A stretch of DNA of 64,000 nucleotides from Vicugna vicugna (GCA_013265495.1 MU063884.1:222024-286023), one strand, 5' to 3'; counted from the first letter of the stretch, positions 50,791 to 63,409 are shown. Made by a program: numbers and translations. Notes: generated by a model from the sequence alone, not told the origin.

Positions 50791-52103
50791 TGCTATTTGG
50801 TGACAGTTTCTTAGAAACTAGTATTTAATATTTTCCTACCTTAGATAAATACCTAAATAGAATCCCTCTAGAAATGGATGGAGAAAGCACGTGTTACTCA
50901 ATAGCAGCATGTGGGCAGAAACAAATTAATCTGCCAAGTTCCATGAAAACTAACTAGTGGACAGTGAGTGGACTCACTGGAACCTCAGAGCATGCAAAGG
51001 TAACTAAAACAAGTGATGGATGAGGAGAAGCATGCATCAACTAAAGATCATCAAGTCCTGAAGATCATACACTTATACTCTCCCAAGCTGTAGTCTTCTC
51101 ATGCACTGACACAGTCTATGTGAGAATGCCATTTTCCATTTCCTCACAAGCAGATGGGCTGCACAGAGTAGACAGTAAGAAGATGTCATCTACCCCTTCC
51201 TTGTTATTGTTTTTCTTCCAAGTCTTTATATTATGAAATTTTAATCTGATTTCATGTATATACAATATTTGGGATACACTAAATAAGTCACTTGTCTGGT
51301 TCTTGAATACCCTAGTGATGCTCTAGTTTTGGGGAGATCGAGGGAGGAGAAAAAGAAGTGGAGGAAGATTCTGAATTACAGACACTGAAGAAGAGGTGAT
51401 GATGGGAAAATCATCTGAACATGTCCAGTTGGTAGTTAGAGATAAGGTTCTGGACTTGAAATGAGAGAACTGACTGGGCTTAATCTATTATCTAACACAT
51501 AGTTCTACTTCACTACTGGACTTGCATTCAGTGATCACTTTTTTCACAGCACACATGGAACTTTAAAATAATTACATTTTCTTATTAGCAAGCAAAACAA
51601 CACACACATACCTAATAGCATATTTTGTTTTTATTGTTCTAAAGAATGGAACAATGGCTCTACTTTCTCACATTTCCATGGGATTCATTACTGAGGAACA
51701 GAACAATTCAATCTACGTTATAAATGGCATGTCTGATTTAAGAAGACTTACAGAAAAATGCTAAATTTTCAAAAGTGTTCATTTCCCCTTCTGCAACTTG
51801 TATACCTTTCGGAATGTTTATTTGCAATGTAAATTAAGAACTAAGTAATGTTGGATTTAATGTAACAAACATGGAATGACAATTTATTAATGAAAAAGAC
51901 TGAAACACTTTTCCAGCAAGTATCTGAACACTAGTCATAGTAATAATAACAACAATCATAATAATAAGTGCTATTGAACTTTTAATGACAATCTAGAGAG
52001 TCAATCATAGATTTGCTTGTGTCTCGGTCTATGCTCCCCATTTGGTTAGAACTATTAGAGTGTATGAAAGCTATTAAACCAGAAATTTACCCTGGAGAAT
52101 CTA

Positions 52104-52442
52104 CTTTTTTACTGAAGCATAGTTGACTTACAATGTTGTATTAGTTTCTGGTGTACAGCAAAGTGATTCAAATCTATAAACGTTTTCAGATTCTTTTTCG
52201 TTATAGTTTATAACAAGATACTGAATATAGCTCCCAGTGCTATATAGTAGGATCTTGTTGTTTATTTTATATATAGTAGTTTGTATCTGCTAATCCCAAA
52301 CATGTATTAGTTTCTGGTGTACAGCACAGTGATTCAGTTATGCATGTATGTATATATATATTTTTTATATTATTTTCTCTTATTGTTTATTACAAGATAT
52401 TAAATATAGTTCCTTCTGCTATAAAGTAGGACCTTGTTGTTA
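52104..52442 (-). mobile_element. Composite L1 insertion: two tandem 3'UTR copies inside one TSD pair
   Basis: gtattagtttctggtgtacagca(a/c)agtgattca at 52138-52170 and 52304-52336; TSD tggagaatcta 52093-52103 / 52443-52453. Confidence 0.88.
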
Positions 52443-52511
52443 TGGAGAATCTATTCATTGCTTTCTTTGTTACTTACAATGAAATACAAAGGGCTTTAAT
52501 ATGAAGGTCCT

Positions 52512-52838
52512 TGTCTTGGCTGCTCAGGCTACTCTATCAAAGTACCATAGAATGAGTGGCTTAGACAGCAGAGAAGCATTTCTCATGGTTTGGGAGGCTG
52601 GAAATCTGAGAACACTCTTCATGACTTGTGAATGTCAACGTTCTCATTGTGTTCTTATGTGGACAGAGCATCTGGCTCTCCTTATAAGGCCACTAATCAC
52701 ATCATAAGGGTCCCACCCTCATGACTTTATCTAAACTTAATTAAGTCTGTCCCAAAGGCTTCATCTCGGAATATCATCCCATTGGCAGTTAGGGCTTCAG
52801 CGTATGAATTTTCAGGGACATAATTCTGTCTATAGTGA
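52512..52838 (-). mobile_element. MaLR LTR, MLT1A-like, internally deleted
   Basis: 'tgtcttggctgctcaggctactctatcaaagtaccatagaatgagtggc...ccttataaggccactaatc...gttagggcttcagcgtatgaatttt...ctatagtga'. Confidence 0.8.
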
Positions 52839-52879
52839 TCCTGTAGGATTTGGACTCCAACTACATATTCATACAATAT

Positions 52880-53310
52880 TCTCACTTTTGCTTAGTTGAT
52901 TCCAGCCCCTCTGGCCTTTTTTTTGGTTCCAGGAACACAAGCTGCTCTTTCCTGCCTTAGTACCCTTGCATGTGTTTTCCCTTTGCCTAAAACTGTCCCT
53001 CCAGGCCTGTGCTGGCCTGATCCCTCCTCCTCTTCTGGTTCTCTACTGAAACAGCCTCCTCTGCCTTGTTGACTCCCAGCCTCCTCCAGCCACGTTGTCC
53101 TGCTTTGGTTTCTATATTGCATCTATCAGTTTCTAGAACTGGTCAGCTTGTACATTGGCTTACCAATTTTTTTGTCTATTTCTCTTACAGAATATAAATT
53201 TCATGACAGCAGCCTCCTCCTCTGTCTTGTCCTCTGCCTTTTCCCCAATGCTTGGTACATAGTCATCACTTCATAAATGCTTACTGAATTAGTTAATAAA
53301 TGAATAATTT
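52880..53310 (+). mobile_element. L2 3' end
   Basis: 'gttccaggaacacaagctgctctttcctgccttagtacccttgcatgtg...gaatataaatttcatgacagcag...cttggtacatagtc...ataaatgcttactgaatt'. Confidence 0.75.
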
Positions 53311-53794
53311 GCTTATGAATTAAAGCAGCAACAACAACATCATTCTGGACCTTAGTGTTTTAAATTGGTTCCAGACATAAAAGTGATTTCCCTTCCACAT
53401 CCCCTCAAAAAAAGTAAGTAATGAAACAGCACTTCGTATGCCCTCGGCCACAGCAAGCTCAGTGTTTTTTTTTTTTTAAAAAGTATTAAAAGAACAAAGT
53501 TACATTCAGTATACTGGGGGAACTTGTTTACTGGGCAAAAGGACATGAATTCTCTTATTGGTAGATACTTTTAAACTAAGCATTTTCTTGTGAACGAGGA
53601 AAAGAATGAGAGAAGTGACATAAGATAACATGTAAAGAAGAAGAGGCAGAATGCGGAGAGGTAAAGAGGAACACCACTCTGTGCTGGGACGATTAGGTGG
53701 GTTGGAGGGGGTGCAGGTTTCTCTACTGGAGTCCCTGCACCTCAGCCCGGCCCCTCTCAGAAGACATCACATAACACCGAGGGGAGATTGTGGT

Positions 53795-53948
53795 CTCCTG
53801 TGGGACAGCACTGGTTTCAGTCCCCGCTCAGCCACTTAGGGTGTCACTTAATGTCTTTCACCTGTGAGATGGAGTTTTTATCTTGCGGGGCTACCTTAAT
53901 GAGTGTTAATCCCAACACTTTGTAGCATTCAATAAGTGATTATTATCT
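53795..53948 (+). mobile_element. MIR
   Basis: 'ggtttcagtccccgctcagccacttagggtgtc...tcacctgtgagatggag...gcattcaataagtgattattatc'. Confidence 0.5.
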
Positions 53949-54944
53949 TAAACAATATTTGGTCAATAATGAATTAAGAGCAGGGGTGAGGCAGACTCTA
54001 CAAGATGACAGAACTTGAGATGGTAGGTCTTTTTTTATCGTGATTATACAGCTGCCGCAGATATGAAACTGAGATTGTTCACAATTTTTTTCTTTACTTT
54101 CAGAAAAGATCTGAGTTCACTAAACCCAAGCAGAGTCTGGTAATAAGGCCTGCGTAATGGTTTCCATAGATGACCTGGCAAAGTTAAGAGTTAAGCATAT
54201 GATAGATCCATCCTAGGGTTATATACAGTAGAGGTACCCAGTTCTCCTACAGGAAGAAAAGGGTAAGAGTCGGAAAGTTAAAAAAAAAAAAGAGTTTGCA
54301 TTTGTGATTAAAGTGAATATTTGCACCTGATTTGTAAAAGTCAAGATTGGCTAAATATTTAGAAAGTTTGCACTGTTTAATGATTAGGTGTCCTGCTGCT
54401 GCACAGGACACACTCCACTTTTCTCGGAAAGAGGAAGATGACTGAAATTCTTGCTGATAATGGGAATTTTTTCTTTGAAAGCTAGTTCCAGGGCAATCAT
54501 TACAGGCCATGTTCACTCAGCATTATGTTCTCTCTATCGACAATGAATCACTGTAACAGGTTATTTAATGACGGCCTCCAGGCACTGTGAACAGGTGATG
54601 ATCAGCATGCTCTATTTAGAACAATCATGTTTACAAATACTTATCAAGGGCAATTAAAATAGAAAAGTGCTGATTCTTGAAGTGAAATAACTAAACTAAC
54701 TGTAATCTTAGTAAGATCTTATTATTCAGTGACGAAAATACGGAATCATTTTGGATTAAAACCAAAGCTGTTTGGTTTAGCATTTAAGGGAAGAAACACA
54801 AGCAGTTAATTAGGGCAAATGCTCGTGTAGATTTTCAAGGCAGTGAATGATCCATGATGGTGGGACTTGAACTGGATTTGGAGGAGTTTGCATAACATTT
54901 ATAGAAACATGTGGAGGAAAATGAGAACTACGTTTTCTACTGAG

Positions 54945-55330
54945 CATCCATCTAGGTCCTTGCATGTGTTCTCACTTTTAATTTTTTCTATTTCTGATGT
55001 AGTTAATTTTTGTGTATATATACATATATTATATTTTTATTGAAGTATGGTTGGCTTACAATGTGTCAATTTCTGGTGTACAGCATAATGTATCAGTCAT
55101 ACATGAACATGCATATATTCATTTTCATCCTCTTTTTCACTGTAAGTTACTACAAGATATTGAATATAGTTCCCCGTGCTGTACAGTATGAACTTCTTGT
55201 TTTGATGTAGTTAATTTTATTTGCACCTTGCAAATAATGAAAGTGAGACTACAAAGGTTTAGGAATTTTCCAAGTACATGTACCTTAGTCTGGCTGCAAA
55301 GAACTTGTTCTATACTGTGCTACTTTTAAG
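54945..55330 (-). mobile_element. MIR interrupted by an L1 insertion
   Basis: removing 55011-55218 rejoins 'ctaggtccttgcatgtgttctcacttttaat...' to 'ttgcaaataatgaaagtgagactacaaaggtttaggaattttccaag'. Confidence 0.5.
55011..55202 (-). mobile_element. 5'-truncated L1 3' end with perfect 16-bp TSD
   Basis: 'ttattgaagtatggttggcttacaatgtgtcaatttctggtgtacagcataatg...'; TSD tgatgtagttaatttt 54995-55010 / 55203-55218. Confidence 0.9.
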
Positions 55331-56044
55331 CTAATTTATAAGTAAAACATTATGAGGTGATATTCTGGTGTGGGAATGTATGTGATATTTGTGCACACGT
55401 AGGTACACAGAGGATGGCATATATTTGGGGATATAGTATAATCCTCAGTGATTTCTGAGGATTCTGGGATTGCTCCCTAACCATATATTTCTAGTAAAAA
55501 GTCCTCTCTAGGATGGTGCAGCCCAAGGAAATGGGAATTTGTCTTTTTAATCTTATTCCTGCATTGATACTTTATAATGAAAATGACATGTCCCACTGTG
55601 TCTTCCCAGGGCTACCCAGCTGTTTTACAGGGTTTAAGTTCAACGAGGAGGACTAATATCTACGTCTAAATGAAATAAAATGTGTGGTCTTTTCTTCCCA
55701 TCTGCTTTCCAGTGGGATGAAGACTTCCAGAGGAAAAAGCATGGACATTTTATCAATATTAAAGACACATGAGTGTGGTTTCCCCATATCAGGTTTTGGG
55801 TGTCTGTAGAGACAGTTTCAAACACTCATTGCCACTCTTGGTTGAATCACTAGCAAAATGCCCAATGGGTGGGCATCAATCATCTGAGACAAAAGCACTC
55901 ATTAGGAGATAGGAACAGCCAACTTTCTCACTCAAGAAGAGAAAGATTCCCCTACCTTCCCTCCACTGACCCTCCCTGCACAAGGCCCTGATGCTGTGAT
56001 GCTGAAAGCGAGACTCAGTCACCAGGTTCACCACTGATCTATAT

Positions 56045-56220
56045 TTTTGTTGATTTATTCATTAAATCTCTTAAACAAATGCTGAGTTGAGTAGTTACAG
56101 GACAGAAGCAGGGCACTGAGCAACGGGTTCCCCATGCCCCAGGAAGTGTGAACACTCATCCCTGAGCATGTACCATGGAGTTGCTCTGGGAATGACAAAT
56201 CTACACACATGGTTCACATA
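56045..56220 (-). mobile_element. L2 3' end fragment
   Basis: 'tttattcattaaatctcttaaacaaatgctgagttgagtag...agggcactgag...ccctgagcatgtaccatggag'. Confidence 0.45.
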
Positions 56221-56979
56221 AAATTAGGTAGCTGAAGTGGAACCACACCATTAGGCACATTGCAGGGTTGAGCAGCATAGTACTGATTTGAGAACAGACA
56301 CTTGCTTATTATAAGTTACAGGGTACATTCATCCAGCAACAAACAGTACATCAGCATTGGTACTTCTTTCTCATTGATAACTTTCAATATATAAAATTAC
56401 ACAGCAGGGATGTTAAGACAATTTTTATAGTGGCTAGGTTCAAGACTGATTTGATGTGAACAGGACTGGCATGTGTCCAGATACACCTATAAACACTAGA
56501 TTCTATGAAAAAGAGAAGCACATTCTCCAATTCCAATGTGGTCATTCTTGAGTATGAGTTGGTGCTACTCTCAGAGTGGTGACCAGTCTTAGATGCCAAT
56601 ACTCACTCTTGGTAACAGCAGGATTTTGAATCATTGCCTGCCTCCGCCATTCAGAGGCAAGCCATCAGCACAGTGGGAGCACCGGTTGGCGCACAAGTAG
56701 AAGAAAGCACCTGTAGAGGGGCTCTCGTGGTGCTGTTCTCCTCTGCTTGGTGGAGAACCTGGGGTCACTGACAGTGGATGATGAGACAGAGTGTTTGTAC
56801 TCAGTGTTACTAACTGAATTACTCTTTGAAGGGAAGGTTTGCTTTAGAAAGGATTCTGGTCTCTCACTGGCTAAGAGATACTGTAAGAACAATCCAGCTA
56901 TACCAGAATGAATGTATGAGGAGGGAAAGCCAAGATTTCAAGCAAAGCTACTTTGAGCAGATTGATTTTACTTGTATTA

Positions 56980-57215
56980 AATTCATTAACTCATTGCACT
57001 TTAACTAAGCACCATTTATATTTAGACATGAAAAGAATGAGGGTGAGGACAAAAAAACTGTATTTCCCTCAAGGAGCTTATAATATATTATAAAGAATTT
57101 TTGATGTTTAATGTACAATATATGATGCACACACACGATAAAACATGTAAGTGAAAGAGCTTAGAAAACACATACAACACATACTATGGAGATCTGGGAA
57201 GAAGTTCCACAGGAA
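56980..57215 (-). mobile_element. L2 3' end fragment
   Basis: 'attaactcattgcactttaactaagcacc...ctgtatttccctcaaggagcttataat...'. Confidence 0.45.
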
Positions 57216-57278
57216 ATGTGGATCTACTTTAAAAATAATGTAGTTCCCTTATTCTTTAACTTATAAAAAATAGGATCT

Positions 57279-57863
57279 CTGGAAGTTTGTATCTCGTAAT
57301 CTCCTTTGTCTATTTCACTCATACCCCAACCACGCTCCAGTCTGTCAACCACCAGTTTGTTCTCTGTATCTGAGTCTGCTTCTGTTTTAGTTTGCTTTTT
57401 AGATTCCACAAATAAGTGAAATCATATGGTATTTATCTTTCTCTGCCTTATTTATTTCATTTAGTNNNNNNNNNNNNNNNNNNNNNNNNNNNNNNNNNNN
57501 NNNNNNNNNNNNNNNNNNNNNNNNNNNNNNNNNNNNNNNNNNNNNNNNNNNNNNNNNNNNNNNNNNNNNNNNNNNNNNNNNNNNNNNNNNNNNNNNNNNN
57601 NNNNNNNNNNNNNNNNNNNNNNNNNNNNNNNNNNNNNNNNNNNNNNNNNNNNNNNNNNNNNNNNNNNNNNNNNTTTTCCAATTAGCATTTTTGTTTTCTT
57701 CAGATAAGTAAGTCACAGGGATGTAATGTACACATAGGGAAAATAGCCAACATATTGTACCAACTTCATATGGTGACAGATGGTAACTGATCATTTCATA
57801 ACGTATGAAAATACCTAATCACACTTGAGACTAATACAGAATTGTATGTTAACATAACTCAGT
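57279..57863 (+). mobile_element. L1 (L1MA-like ORF2 end and 3'UTR) with 5' inversion and TSD; contains the assembly gap
   Basis: antisense segment 57279-57706 encodes LSEENKNANWK...LNEINKAEKDKYHMISLICGI; sense segment from ~57707 'aagtcacagggatgtaatgtac...gtatgttaacataactcagt'; TSD 57264-57279 / 57863-57878. Confidence 0.85.
57466..57673. other. Assembly gap (208 N)
   Basis: run of N; both flanks are collinear antisense L1. Confidence 0.98.
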
Positions 57864-59217
57864 AAACAACAGGGTCTCAGAGTTAAGGATTTGTTTTTAT
57901 TCCTCACCTCATCCTCATCTATAAGAAGCACTATTCCTTGGTTAACACGAACATGTTTCCGGTGGGGACCTAACTTCACTGAAGAGCTATCGCTCCCTGA
58001 AGCAGCAGGGTTGATAAGCCAAAGTGTAAGACAAGTGAGGCTTTTACAGCGCTCTCTCACATACAGAGTGAGAAGCACTTTAGAAAATGGCTCTATACAC
58101 GTCACATGATGCCATTTGGAACGTGAAATAACTTTTATTCAATGGCCAAGTCTGAGTCCTCGTAATATGAATGGATTTCATTGTTTTAGTAAACAAAAAC
58201 CCATCCTCTTCCTAAGATCATGGCTTATGTTCCAATACATGCTTGGAAAAACTGAATAATGTATTATTGCACGATGGTGAAATATTGGGGGGGAACTAAT
58301 TCCTAGTATAGGTACAGACCAGAATGAATAATTCAGTCACTTTAAAACAATGACCCTTGGAATAAGAATTGGTGGGACATATAAGAAAATCCTTCCAAAA
58401 GGGTTTACAGCATAGAAATAACTTTTAACCAACAACTGAAATTTGGAGATAGGGGTAGTATCGAGTAGCCTCACTTAGTAAGAAATATATTCACTTTGCA
58501 GTTAAAGAGTGAAAGCTGTTCTGGATTTATACTGTTTTAAGTTTTGTAAAATAAACTTTGTTGCCAAATTTTCTTTATTCTGTACCTCTAGTCAAGACTG
58601 GAAACTGTGCAGACCTTTTGGCTGTCAAAACAAGCAAAGTATGGGCAGGGGGAGAGAAAGAAAATATTAATCTTGGCAAAGAAAAGCTCTTAACTATTCA
58701 AGATTTATTCCCCTCTTTGTGTGGTATCCAGATATTGGCAGAACAGCAAACTCGTAGTGACTATGATATCCCTGGGGTGGCATTTAAACATCTTGTCATT
58801 TATGTGACAAAATAAATGTAGAATTTTATTTGAGCCAGGAGTAAAAAGATCTTTGAAAGGGTGATTTTTTCTAAATCTCTCTTTTCAAGCATGTAAGGTA
58901 GAATCACCCCATTTTATAGGTGAGTAAACTGAGGGTGCTCAGAAATTAAAGTATTTTTATTTCTTTTTGCACTCATATGTTCCTTTATAATTAACAATAT
59001 ATGGATAATGGGGGACTTCTTTATCTCACATCCTATGATATTCTATAGACTAAGAAGCAAAAGGTCTGAGACTATTTTTTCACAGAGTACTGAAAGCGAG
59101 AAAAAACAGCCTTCTTTCATCATAAACCTGTACTCTGATTTAAGAGGCTACCGACTGCAATGGAAAAGTTATTAGACAGTGTCACCTAAAATGTGTTCTG
59201 CAGAACAATAAGCCCAT

Positions 59218-59244
<27 letters not shown>
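59218..59244. repeat. (CA)n microsatellite
   Basis: direct reading; about 13 perfect units. Confidence 0.95.
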
Positions 59245-59248
<4 letters not shown>

Positions 59249-59931
59249 ACCTCTGGTCAAATGTGTTTGGACAACAATAAGCACTGTGTTTCATGACTAT
59301 TCCCTGTGAAATTAACACATCTGAGATACAAAAAAGATGCACATATTGTCTTACGTGATTCAAAGGTATTTTCAGTTTCACATGTGAGATTCAATGTAGC
59401 ATTCACATCAATTAAAGTAGTGAGTTTTCCTTCCTATGACTTGTGCAGTAAAAGCAGTCATCTCCTAACTCTCAGATGAGTGCTTATGTATTTTATATTT
59501 TTAAATTGAATGTGGGCACAAAGGGGAGGCTGTCCTGATACAAAATTTTGTAGAAGCAACCTCTGTTCTCTTCCGGAATGGCCAATTCACAAATTTAATA
59601 GAAAAATATGTATACATTTTAAATATGCAAAGTATAACCATGTGAAACACTCTAATGTTCACTCCCAAGTGAATTCCCTGAACCAATAAAAATTATTTTC
59701 CAATTTAATAGCTCATGGTACCCAGTCATTAGCTTGGCATTGGCAGATAGTTGGTAGTTTATGTAGGGAATGAGAAGCAGATCATTTCTGTTCGTTAGGC
59801 TTCAATTCCTGCCTGGATGTGTTAAATCCCAAGGAAATGCACCAGTGCGCAATATATGCATTTTGTAAACTTTCACACTGCAGTTCCCCAGAGGCTCAGG
59901 CTACAATCAGTTCTTAGTTACTAGGACATAA

Positions 59932-60249
59932 CGGCATATTAAATATATATTGAACATTCACTATTGCTAAGGCAATTACAGTTCACATCGACAAACGGAA
60001 ATACAAGCCTCTGCATTATTTTTTCTAACCTCCATAACGAAAGAAACAGACTGCTCCTTCAAGTAGGTGTGAAATTCCACTTTAGGTCCGAGCTACTCCA
60101 ATTTCACAGTCGAATCGTAGAGTTGTCCCAGAACCCCACTGAGTAAATCTCACATTTGCATGCACTCAAGGTCATTACCGAATGTGATCACGATGAGATT
60201 CGACACCTCCATTTATTTGTCGTCAGGGACTGGGTTTTAAATTTGAACG
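59932..60249. promoter_or_regulatory. CpG-retaining non-coding element with adjacent octamer and ERR/NR5A motifs
   Basis: 12 CpG in 318 bp by hand count; ATTTGCAT 60154-60161; TCAAGGTCA 60166-60174. Confidence 0.4.
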
Positions 60250-61505
60250 AACCTTAATTGTGCTTATCCCACAGCAAGCCAGGGTGATTTCTGTCCTGTC
60301 TTGACTTGTCATAACAAAATTTCCACTTCTAAAACACTCTTTCAATAATTCTACTCTTTGATCAGCTTTCCAGTGCAGTATTCTGACAGACACTGAATTT
60401 ATATCATGCCATATACACACGTAGGATACAGGGTTATCATTTCATGTGATTTCTTTTTGAGAAGGTAATAATTTGAACATCTTCTATTAGAGTATGCATA
60501 AAATGCTCATTCGAAAATGAATCTTAATGTCAACTTCCAGAAATTTAGAATAGGATATAAGAAAAAAATTTTCACTCTGTGGTAAATAAAATGCTGTATG
60601 TCAGATATGCACCAAATGTCACTTTTTTGAACAGTACAATTGATATAAGTAGGGCCTTCAAAAAAAGTAACTCTATTCAAAATTTTATTAAACCTTACAT
60701 TATTACTAAATATCACAAAATTTAAAAGGGTAGCTTCCTTTTCAGTGTCAAAAATTAAAGAATTACAACCTAATTTTACATGTCATAATAATAATCCCAA
60801 AGAAGATCTCAAACAATGCAGAAGGCGTCTGTGACACAGGCATACTGATTATTATTCTATTCTATGTGTTGAGGAGAGCCTAGGCTGTTTGCTTTTCAAC
60901 TGTTTTAACACAAATTAGTTCTTACTGCATTGCAATCACAAAGAAAAAAAGAATTGATTTCCCATCACTCATAAAATTTAATGTTTAGTTGATAAATAGT
61001 GAACTGATAAGTGAGAAATCAATAGACTCAGCTTCTTTTAGCATCTTTGGCTACATAGATAAATAACAATACTGGCTATAAGTTATTTTCTACTGACAAA
61101 TTTTAAGACCAGCTTTACTCTACTCTCTACTTTTGAAAATTAAATAATCTAGAATATCATTAGCTCAAAATGTCTCAATACATACATTTAGTTTCAGATA
61201 ACATATTTTCTACCCCATATGCACTTATTAGTTCTGTGCAATTTCATGATACTGATCTAGGTTTCATAGGACCTAGGAGGGGAGAATAATACTGGTACTT
61301 AAATTGCTTACAGTTCAATGGGTGATAACTTACAACTATACAAACGATAATTCTTTCTAAATAATACAGTATTAAGTCACATAAGCACTGCAAAAATAAA
61401 ATGCTTTGGAACTGCTCAAAAAGAAATGTGACTAGTTGGTGATGACAAAGCAAGAGAGATTAGAGGGAAAGTGAACATTTCAGCAGTGATTTAAAGGATC
61501 GTTAA

Positions 61506-61620
61506 GGGGGGAGGGTATAGCTTAGTGGTAGAGCGTGTGCTTAGCATGCACGGGATCCTGGGATCAGTCCCTAGTACTGCCACCAAAAAAAAAAAAAAAG
61601 AGAGAAAGAAAGGAAAAGAG
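61506..61620 (+). mobile_element. tRNA-Ala-derived camelid SINE (vic-1-like), short form
   Basis: 'ggggggagggtatagcttagtggtagagcgtgtgcttagcatgcacgggatcctgggatcagtccctagtactgccacc' plus A15 and GA tail; degenerate TSD aaggatcgttaa / aagatggttaa. Confidence 0.9.
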
Positions 61621-61929
61621 AAGATGGTTAAAATGTATACTTACGACAAGTGTACAGAAGCTTATCTTCAGGCAGTGGGAGTGGCATTAGCAAATTCATG
61701 GAAAAAGAAAGACATGGCCCAAATATGGGTAATCGTGTCTGTTCTGTAGTATAAGTGTGTGTGTTTAAACTTAAGATGCATAGTAAAAGATAGGGTTGAA
61801 AAGATATGTTGGGCACAAGACCCTAGAAAAACAGGATGACGCTGTAGTAAGAGTTAACTTATTCATAAGGCCAAATTGCTGAAACAGGAAAGAGCTGGGT
61901 AGGCTGCTTGATACAGTAGAAAGAAGACT

Positions 61930-62120
61930 GCACTCAGAGCTGGAAGGCGCACACTCAGTCACCTCAGAGATCTGAACAGGTCCCTTAAACTTTTAAACTT
62001 CACAGTTCTGATCTGTAAAGTAGAGCGACTGATACGTAACTCAGGACTTACTGTGAGAAGTAACTTAGAGAACAAAGGTTGGCGAGTCTATGAACACGGT
62101 ACAGAGAAGATACATGTTTG
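61930..62120 (+). mobile_element. MIR
   Basis: 'cccttaaacttttaaacttcacagttctgatctgtaaagtagagcgactgatacgtaactcaggactttactgtgagaagtaac'. Confidence 0.45.
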
Positions 62121-63409
62121 CTCAGAAAGTATGACCCCTTACCCTTAAAAAAGTTAAGTTGACATAGTGTTTGGAATGACTGAATTTGGATTTAGAAAAA
62201 TGCCGAGGTAAATTGGTCCGAAGCTTTGGTGTGACAATGGGAAAAGAAAATAAAAATGCAACTATTTATAAAGACTTTTAGTCACTACAGTTTCATGTTG
62301 TCTTAAGAGAGGAAATCTGTTATTAATTATATTTAATATATTGTCATTTGCAATGTTTTTTACATGTTAAAAATATAAATTAGATTGTATTCAAGATTAC
62401 CCCTCACCTTGTCTCATGTTATTTGATCCAGCCTCAGAATGGTTGCTGAGCTCAGAACCTCAGTTGGGAGAAATCCCAAGGTTGGCCACATTTTTGATGA
62501 CACTGGCCAAAGCTATTTGAACCAGGAAGACACCTAATTCCTGGGCAGTCAAACTACTGCATGAGTAATAATCAATTAAACTAGTTAGTCTATTTCTATT
62601 AATTTTCAGTGTGAAATATAGAGCTGGTAGGGGGAGAAGAAGCAGAAAGATGGAAGAAAGAGAAGACAATGTGCTGATTTACATTAGTGATGCAGTAGAA
62701 TAAAGATGAAGGATATTCTGACAGCCGAGGTAAACTGACTGCCAAAGCTGTTTTGGACCCAGACAGATGTCTGAGCTGCATGTTCAGTAGGCCTTGTGAC
62801 CAAAAAAGTTGAGATTTTGGCCTTGTTGTGGAGCTGAGCCTTTCCCGGTTTTCTGTCAGGATTGGTTACTTGGTTAACACTCTGGTCTTCTTTATTGCCA
62901 TCGGTTTCTTTTCAGTAAAACCTTAAAGATTTCATATAACCTGAAGAATCTCCTTAGCAAAAGGGCCTAACCAACAGCAAAATTATAACTTTCTCAACAA
63001 AATCCGTTCTGTTATCTATCTTGAGTGACAGAATGGCGCTCTTAGAGCTAATATACCAGGAATTGCATATAACCTGCAATTTATCCAATCAGTGGGTACA
63101 TCAGTGGAGTGTGCCATGCATGCTAATACGATTTGTCACGTGTGTTGAAGCAGATCAAAATATGCGGCTTCTCTGTCATATAATTCTAAAAATTAATATG
63201 GCTCTTCAGTAGATTCATGCAAGATGGTGTGTTCTACCTTTTTTTAAAGAAAAACCTATTTCCCCTTTTATTAGCATTTGGTTTGGTTAAGTTCAACAAG
63301 CATTTATTAGCTGCTGACTACATACTCAGCACTGGGTACTTCATTTTCATTTATACAATGGCCAGCTGTCACCTCATTTTCCTCATTAAGCTCTTCCAAA
63401 CAGAATTAC

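Noticed and set aside
57399-57794. ORFs spanning 57399-57794
   Set aside because: They are artefacts of the N gap. The real residues are L1 ORF2 C-terminal fossil sequence.
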